This document shows, piece by piece, positions 58,860-64,000 of a stretch of DNA of 64,000 nt. The first letter of the stretch is position 1. Every line of letters starts with the position of its first letter. The DNA is from an uncultured Thermoplasmata archaeon. GTDB taxonomy: Archaea; Thermoplasmatota; Thermoplasmata; Halarchaeoplasmatales; Halarchaeoplasmataceae. The stretch is from NCBI GenBank assembly GCA_964399335.1, contig CAYNQI010000001.1, forward strand, positions 14,707-78,706. The letters are read 5' to 3'. The notes beneath the pieces are model-generated. The model was not told where the DNA came from and did not search any database. It saw nothing but the letters and a program-made list of their open reading frames with translations. Made by a program: the position numbers and the translations under genes.

Positions 58860-59592
58860 ATCCCGTTTAAATAAGCGAAATTATTTAAACGTTGACGTGA
58901 AATCTTATATGGATAAGATGAAGTATGCTGCTCTTTTTTCAGGAGGGAAGGATTCCGCCTTGGCGTTATGGAAAGCTCAAAAAGATGGTTTGAACGTAGA
59001 GTATTTAGTGACCGTATTTCCTGAAAGAGACGACTCCTATATGTTCCATAAACCGAATCTAGATTTTGTCCCAGATATCGCTGAATCATTGGGTATCGAG
59101 TTGGTAAAGGTTGGTACAGAAGGTGAAAAAGAAAAGGAGCTTGAAGATCTGAAGAGGGGTTTGGAGAGTTTGGAAGTTGATGGCATAATTACAGGTGCTG
59201 TGGCATCTTCATATCAGTATGAAAGGCTAGAAAATCTATCATCTCAGTTAGGGTTAGAACTGTATGCACCTTTGTGGGATATGGATCAAGAGATTTTATT
59301 AAATGAATTATTAGAAGATGATTTCGAAGTTATCATCGTGAGCGTAGCAGCCATGGGTTTCGATGAAGAGTGGTTAGGTCGAGAGATCGACAGGGATTGT
59401 GTTGTTGAACTTGAGGGATTGAACGAAAAATATGGGATCAACGTTGCAGGAGAGGGCGGGGAGTACGAGAGTTTGGTACTTAATGCACCTAATTACCACT
59501 GGGGGTTTGAAGTGGTTCAAAGTAATATTAAATGGGACGGTCATCGTGGTGAATACGATATTAAAAGAATAAAGAAAAGGGATCGAAAATAG
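58852..59592 (+). CDS. PP-loop ATPase, diphthine-ammonia ligase (Dph6/MJ0570)-like
   Basis: 'AALFSGGKDSALAL' PP-loop. About 230 aa. Confidence 0.7.
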   Translation: MSISRLNKRNYLNVDVKSYMDKMKYAALFSGGKDSALALWKAQKDGLNVEYLVTVFPERDDSYMFHKPNLDFVPDIAESLGIELVKVGTEGEKEKELEDLKRGLESLEVDGIITGAVASSYQYERLENLSSQLGLELYAPLWDMDQEILLNELLEDDFEVIIVSVAAMGFDEEWLGREIDRDCVVELEGLNEKYGINVAGEGGEYESLVLNAPNYHWGFEVVQSNIKWDGHRGEYDIKRIKKRDRK

Positions 59593-59612
59593 ATTAGGTC
59601 TCGAGTTATTTT

Positions 59613-60167
59613 CTATACCTGTCTATCCCTTTCTAAAACTGCTGACATACTCATAGAAGCAAAACGAGGTGTTTTTTGTTTTCCTTCTTTTTCAAACTTA
59701 TCTATACTACTTTCAGACAGGTATTTTTCAGCCTTTAAACTCTCGTAATGCCCTTTCTCCATCAATGCAATATATCTAAAAAACGTTTCATATTTTTCTT
59801 CACGTTTAGCAAGATGGTTGTAAAGATCGTAAGCGTTATCCTCAGCTGACATAGCACGATCAATAGCTTCGATCAGGTTCCTCACAGTTTTTATCTCTTT
59901 AACGAATTCACCCTCATGAGCTGGAAGGCCTTCAGCGTTAGGAACAACATAATCCTTATCACCAAATTCCATTTCATGCAGTTTTAAAAGCTCTTCCATA
60001 TGTCTTTTTTCATCCATTGCTAAGTTCTTGAATTTTTCGGATGCTAAACCCTCTAGCTTTTTAGAAAGAGACATATAACCATCATGAGCTGCTTTTTCAC
60101 CTTCTATAGAATATCCTACTAGTTCTTTGAAACTTATTTCGTTCAATTTATCATACATCCTAATCAC
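59613..60167 (-). CDS. Ferritin-like/rubrerythrin-family diiron protein
   Basis: Paired E…ExxH motifs ('EKAAHDGY', 'DEKRHMEEL', 'EKGHYESL'). Confidence 0.55.
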   Translation of the reverse strand: MIRMYDKLNEISFKELVGYSIEGEKAAHDGYMSLSKKLEGLASEKFKNLAMDEKRHMEELLKLHEMEFGDKDYVVPNAEGLPAHEGEFVKEIKTVRNLIEAIDRAMSAEDNAYDLYNHLAKREEKYETFFRYIALMEKGHYESLKAEKYLSESSIDKFEKEGKQKTPRFASMSMSAVLERDRQV

Positions 60168-60246
60168 TCTATATATTCGATTAATTCGCTGTTATTAAGT
60201 TTTTCTACGATGTGTTGACATAACCTATAAATAATACAGCTAACAT

Positions 60247-61704
60247 TTGCATTACGGTGCAAATATGCGAGAGATCACTGATTATGCTATAAAAAAATTA
60301 GAGGACTCGGATATCCAATATGGTGACATAAGATTTTCTGATATATTGACTCAATCGATACAGGTGAGGAACGGTTCTGTAGAAACTATAAAAGACAATA
60401 CCAGCAAGGGATTCGGTATAAGGATAATAGACAAAGGATGGGGCTTTGCTTCATCATCTGTCTTGACCAAAAAGGGTATCGACGAGACCATTAAAAGAGC
60501 TAAGAAGATCGCTAAGGCTTCAGGTAAAACTTCCGAGGGGGTGGATCTGAAGGAAGTAGAGATTTATCAGGACAAGTATGTTAATGATTACAAGAAGGAG
60601 CCTTTTGAAGTGGATCTAGATGAGAAGATCGAGTATTTAGTAGATGTGAACGAGCGTCTCGATATCGATGATCAAATTAACGTACGAACATCCAATTTTA
60701 AGGCTTGGAGGTTCTTGAAAGAATTTGCTAGTACTGAAGGTGCACGGATAGAACAGAAACTGATCCAGTGCGGTGGGGGTTTGAGTGTGACCGTTTCTGA
60801 CGGAGAAGATGTTCAAACCCGAAGTTATCCCAATTCCTTCGGAGGAGATTATAGTTCAAGTGGATACGAATTCTTCGAAGGCATGGATCTTTTGGGTAAT
60901 GCCGAGAAAACTGCCCAAGAGGGGGTCGATCTTTTGAAAGCTGAACAGTGTCCCGAAGGAAAAATGGATATCATATTGAATACGAATCAACTAGCTCTGC
61001 AGGTACACGAAAGCTGTGGGCATCCGACCGAGTTGGATAGGGCTCTTGGAACCGAAGCAAGTTATGCCGGTACTAGTTTCATGACACCTGACAAATTAGG
61101 AAAACTCAGATATGGTTCTGATATAGTTCACCTCACCTCTGACGCTACAGCAGAAGGTGGATTAGGAACCTTCGGTTACGATGATGAAGGAGTTAAAGCC
61201 AAGAAAGTTGATCTTGTGAAAGACGGTATGTTCGTTGGTTACCAGGCTTCTAGAGAAGATGCGGCCCAGGTAGATGTAGAAGTGAGTGGAAGCATGAGGG
61301 CCGACGGTTGGAGAAACTTACCTTTAGTCAGGATGACCAATATCAATTTAGAACCTGGTGATTGGTCCCGTAAAGAGATAATCGAAGAAACCGATAAAGG
61401 TATCATCTTTGATGGGATCAAAAGCTGGAGTATAGATGATAAGAGGTTGAACTTCATGTTCGGAACTGAAGCTGGTTATCTAGTTGAAGACGGAGAAGTC
61501 AAGAAGTTGATCAAGAACCCCACCTATACAGGGATCACTTACGAATTCTGGAGAAGATGCAACGCCATATCTGGAAAAGATGATTGGAAACTCCATGGAG
61601 TCCCGAACTGCGGGAAAGGAGAACCGCCTCAGGTCATGAGAGTCGGTCACGGAGTTGCGCCTGCTCGATTTGAAGACGTTACCGTGGGGGTGGGAAAATG
61701 GTAA
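60247..61704 (+). CDS. tldD: Metalloprotease TldD
   Basis: 'HESCGHPTELD' HExxxH motif. About 485 aa. Confidence 0.9.
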   Translation: MHYGANMREITDYAIKKLEDSDIQYGDIRFSDILTQSIQVRNGSVETIKDNTSKGFGIRIIDKGWGFASSSVLTKKGIDETIKRAKKIAKASGKTSEGVDLKEVEIYQDKYVNDYKKEPFEVDLDEKIEYLVDVNERLDIDDQINVRTSNFKAWRFLKEFASTEGARIEQKLIQCGGGLSVTVSDGEDVQTRSYPNSFGGDYSSSGYEFFEGMDLLGNAEKTAQEGVDLLKAEQCPEGKMDIILNTNQLALQVHESCGHPTELDRALGTEASYAGTSFMTPDKLGKLRYGSDIVHLTSDATAEGGLGTFGYDDEGVKAKKVDLVKDGMFVGYQASREDAAQVDVEVSGSMRADGWRNLPLVRMTNINLEPGDWSRKEIIEETDKGIIFDGIKSWSIDDKRLNFMFGTEAGYLVEDGEVKKLIKNPTYTGITYEFWRRCNAISGKDDWKLHGVPNCGKGEPPQVMRVGHGVAPARFEDVTVGVGKW

Positions 61705-63062
61705 GTAACGACTTAAAAAGTTCTGCTCAGAAGGTACTAGATAAAGTCCAAGTCGATGAAGTCGAGGTGTTGATACACAGAAAAGACAAGGCCTTGACGA
61801 GATACGCCAATTCCAAGATCCACCAGAATGTCGGACAGAAGGATTTCGACGTTTCCATAAGGGCGATCCTAGGTAAGAAAATAGGATCCGTTTCTACAAA
61901 TTCGGTTGATGAAAAATCTTTGGTAGAAGCTCTACGCAGGGCTGAGAACATAGCTAAGCATCAAAAAAAGGATCCTGATTTTATCGGTCTCCCAGAACCT
62001 AAAGAGGATCGTTCAGGTAAAGAGAACTATTTTGAAGAAACTGTAAAATACACTCCAGATGAACGGGCTAAAAAGGTCAAAGAGATCATAGAGTATGCCA
62101 GCGGTAAAGGTGTTGACCGGATGTACGGAGCTTTCGAGACGGAAACCATCGAGGTACTTGTTGCAAATACTAATGGGATAATGAAAAGCAGCAGGATGAG
62201 TAAAGCCAATTTGACCGCTACCGCTATCGCAGACTGGGATAACGACCAAGGATTCGGTTGGAGTGAACAGTGCTCCGCTAACGTGAAAGATATCGATCAC
62301 ATGAATGTTGCTAAGACCGCTGTCGATAAGGGTTTGAACAATATGGACACTGAAAGTATAGAACCTGGAGAGTATACTGTGGTCTTAGAACCGTTAGCCG
62401 TTAACACCATGCTCATGTATCTTGCCATGATGGGTATGAGCGCTAAGAAAGTCCAGGAGAAAAGAAGTTTCATGAACGGTAAATTCGGAAAGAAGATCAT
62501 GGACGAGCGTGTTAACATCTTCGACGATGCCATGCACGATGAGATGATCGGTTTCCCATTCGACTACGAAGGTGTACCTAAACAGAGAGTAGATATGATC
62601 AAGAACGGGATCGCTAACGATGTCGTTTACGATTCCTATACCGCTGGGAGGGACGAAGAAGATAAAGAATCTACGGGACACGCCTTGCCGATGCCAAGCC
62701 CCATGAGTCCTATACCTCTAAATCTGATGATGGATACGGGAGATGCCAGCGTACAGGAGATGATCGAAGATACAGAGAAAGGGATACTGGTAACTAGATT
62801 CAATTACTGCCGGCCGGTACATCCGGTAAAAGGTATATTGACAGGACTTACTAGAGACGGGACCTGGAGGATCGAAGACGGAGAGGTTACACAACCACTG
62901 AAGAATCTTAGGTTCACCCAGAATCTACTCGATGCGTTCAGCAACGTAGAATTGATAGGTGATGAACGTGTACTGTTCTCACTGGGCTATTATCCGGGTT
63001 ATACAAGTGTTCCCGCCATGAAGATACCGGAATTCAACTTCACTGGAACGACGGAATTCTAA
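61698..63062 (+). CDS. pmbA: Metalloprotease PmbA/TldE
   Basis: Paralogous partner overlapping tldD by 7 nt. The fold pattern matches. Confidence 0.85.
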   Translation: MVSNDLKSSAQKVLDKVQVDEVEVLIHRKDKALTRYANSKIHQNVGQKDFDVSIRAILGKKIGSVSTNSVDEKSLVEALRRAENIAKHQKKDPDFIGLPEPKEDRSGKENYFEETVKYTPDERAKKVKEIIEYASGKGVDRMYGAFETETIEVLVANTNGIMKSSRMSKANLTATAIADWDNDQGFGWSEQCSANVKDIDHMNVAKTAVDKGLNNMDTESIEPGEYTVVLEPLAVNTMLMYLAMMGMSAKKVQEKRSFMNGKFGKKIMDERVNIFDDAMHDEMIGFPFDYEGVPKQRVDMIKNGIANDVVYDSYTAGRDEEDKESTGHALPMPSPMSPIPLNLMMDTGDASVQEMIEDTEKGILVTRFNYCRPVHPVKGILTGLTRDGTWRIEDGEVTQPLKNLRFTQNLLDAFSNVELIGDERVLFSLGYYPGYTSVPAMKIPEFNFTGTTEF

Positions 63063-63361
63063 AAAACTCTTTTTTCTTTTTTTGATATATTTGACAAAGG
63101 CAAGCTGTGGAAAAAGTATTTTGATATTCTAATTCACGTGTTAAGATAAAAAGCCCGCTAGATACAATCAAGGATACGGAGGAAAGAGGAAACATATGCT
63201 GAAATCGAAAAGCAATGATCACCGTGTTCACCTAGAGGAGGGAATATACGATATAAAGTTCGGATATCCTAAGTTAAGCGAAATTCTTTTCAGGTCTGCT
63301 TCGTTTTTGGCATATACTCTACGCTATCCAAGCTTCTTCCACACCAAAAAGATTATATTAT

Positions 63362-63381
63362 TGTGTTGCATTAGTAACACA
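63362..63381. promoter_or_regulatory. Inverted repeat TGTGTT-N8-AACACA immediately upstream of the RHH gene (candidate operator)
   Basis: A perfect 6-bp inverted repeat ending 10 nt before the ATG at 63391. Confidence 0.3.
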
Positions 63382-63390
63382 TAGGATACG

Positions 63391-63618
63391 ATGACAACAA
63401 AAACTAAAACCCTCAACGTTAGAGTTACAGAAAGACAATACGACGAGTTAGAGGAACTCGTTGAGAGGGGTGAATATACCTCGAAAGGAGAATTTATTCG
63501 TGACTTATTGAGAGAGAAATTTGATGCTTTTTCAGAATATATTCATAATAAAGCTGAAAAAGACAGAGAAAAACATATTTCTCTTGAAGAATATGGGGAA
63601 TCTAGAGGATTGGAATGA
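63391..63618 (+). CDS. Ribbon-helix-helix (CopG/ParD-like) antitoxin
   Basis: 'LNVRVTERQYDELEELVERGEYTSKGEFIRDLLRE' has the RHH β-strand and helix pattern. It overlaps the downstream toxin by 4 nt. Confidence 0.7.
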   Translation: MTTKTKTLNVRVTERQYDELEELVERGEYTSKGEFIRDLLREKFDAFSEYIHNKAEKDREKHISLEEYGESRGLE

Positions 63619-63875
63619 GTTATTCTATTTTCCTCCATCCAGATGTAGAAAAATATCTTGATTCTCTTTCAGATAACCAGAAGAAAAACTGTTATGATGG
63701 TTTAAGAAAATTGTCTACCGATCCTTTTAAACCGAGATCGGGTTGCGATATAAAAAAGATGTCTGGCAGTAAAACCTTCTACAGATTAAGAGTTGGTAAC
63801 CATAGATTTCTCTATGTTGTTAAAGATAATGAGATATTGGTGGAAGAAGCTTTCAAAAGGGAGAAAGGTTATTGA
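63615..63875 (+). CDS. RelE/ParE-family toxin
   Basis: 'FYRLRVGNHRFLYVVKDNEILV' is the RelE/ParE core. 86 aa. Confidence 0.75.
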   Translation: MSYSIFLHPDVEKYLDSLSDNQKKNCYDGLRKLSTDPFKPRSGCDIKKMSGSKTFYRLRVGNHRFLYVVKDNEILVEEAFKREKGY

Positions 63876-64000
63876 TGTTATATGCCAAAAACGGAGCAGA
63901 CCCACGATTATACGACTTAGCAGAAGTTTATGCAGATATAACTGATTCGGTACCAGAGAAAACTCTAGATCTGAGAAATAATCCAAGATGGAAAGGTAAG
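63876..64000 (+). CDS. Hypothetical protein, 5' fragment (continues beyond the window)
   Basis: ATG directly after the RelE stop. Open to the window end. Confidence 0.3.

Noticed and set aside
1-64000. CRISPR arrays, rRNA genes, transposases or integrases
   Set aside because: No regularly spaced direct repeats, no rRNA-like conserved stretches, and no DDE or tyrosine-recombinase ORFs were seen.

Overview
This window is a chromosomal segment from a low-GC (~40%) archaeon. The archaeal assignment rests on Alba, fibrillarin, Cdc48/VAT, translin, CDP-archaeol synthase, an IPK–IDI2–GGPPS mevalonate/isoprenoid cluster, pterin carbinolamine dehydratase, and a tRNA with a canonical bulge-helix-bulge intron. 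Coding density is high, the proteome is rich in glutamate and lysine, and there are no rRNA genes and no CRISPR array.

Housekeeping content:
- an acyl-CoA dehydrogenase 3' end followed by EtfB and a ferredoxin-fused EtfA
- KsgA, NadE, PurD, PyrE, GlyA, GcvH and TldD/PmbA
- an MscS channel, a UPF0016 transporter, a CaCA exchanger and an ArsB/NhaD-type permease
- a flippase, DUF354 and a sugar epimerase

Features that deserve a second look:
- a DnaA-type AAA+ module fused to a C-terminal DUF835 domain, lying downstream of a tRNA-Glu gene whose 3' end is partly duplicated 126 bp away (a possible integration scar)
- a co-transcribed pair made of a zinc-ribbon/coiled-coil protein and a 1,345-aa, almost purely Glu/Lys coiled-coil protein
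- a separate transmembrane, coiled-coil, triple zinc-ribbon protein
- a CBS-domain protein fused to a ribosome-hibernation-factor-like domain
- a stand-alone Roadblock/LC7 gene
- a small HExxH membrane protein
- an unannotated 41-aa zinc-ribbon ORF
- a ribbon-helix-helix/RelE toxin–antitoxin pair with an upstream inverted repeat

All product calls come from motif-level reading of the translations. No database search was run.
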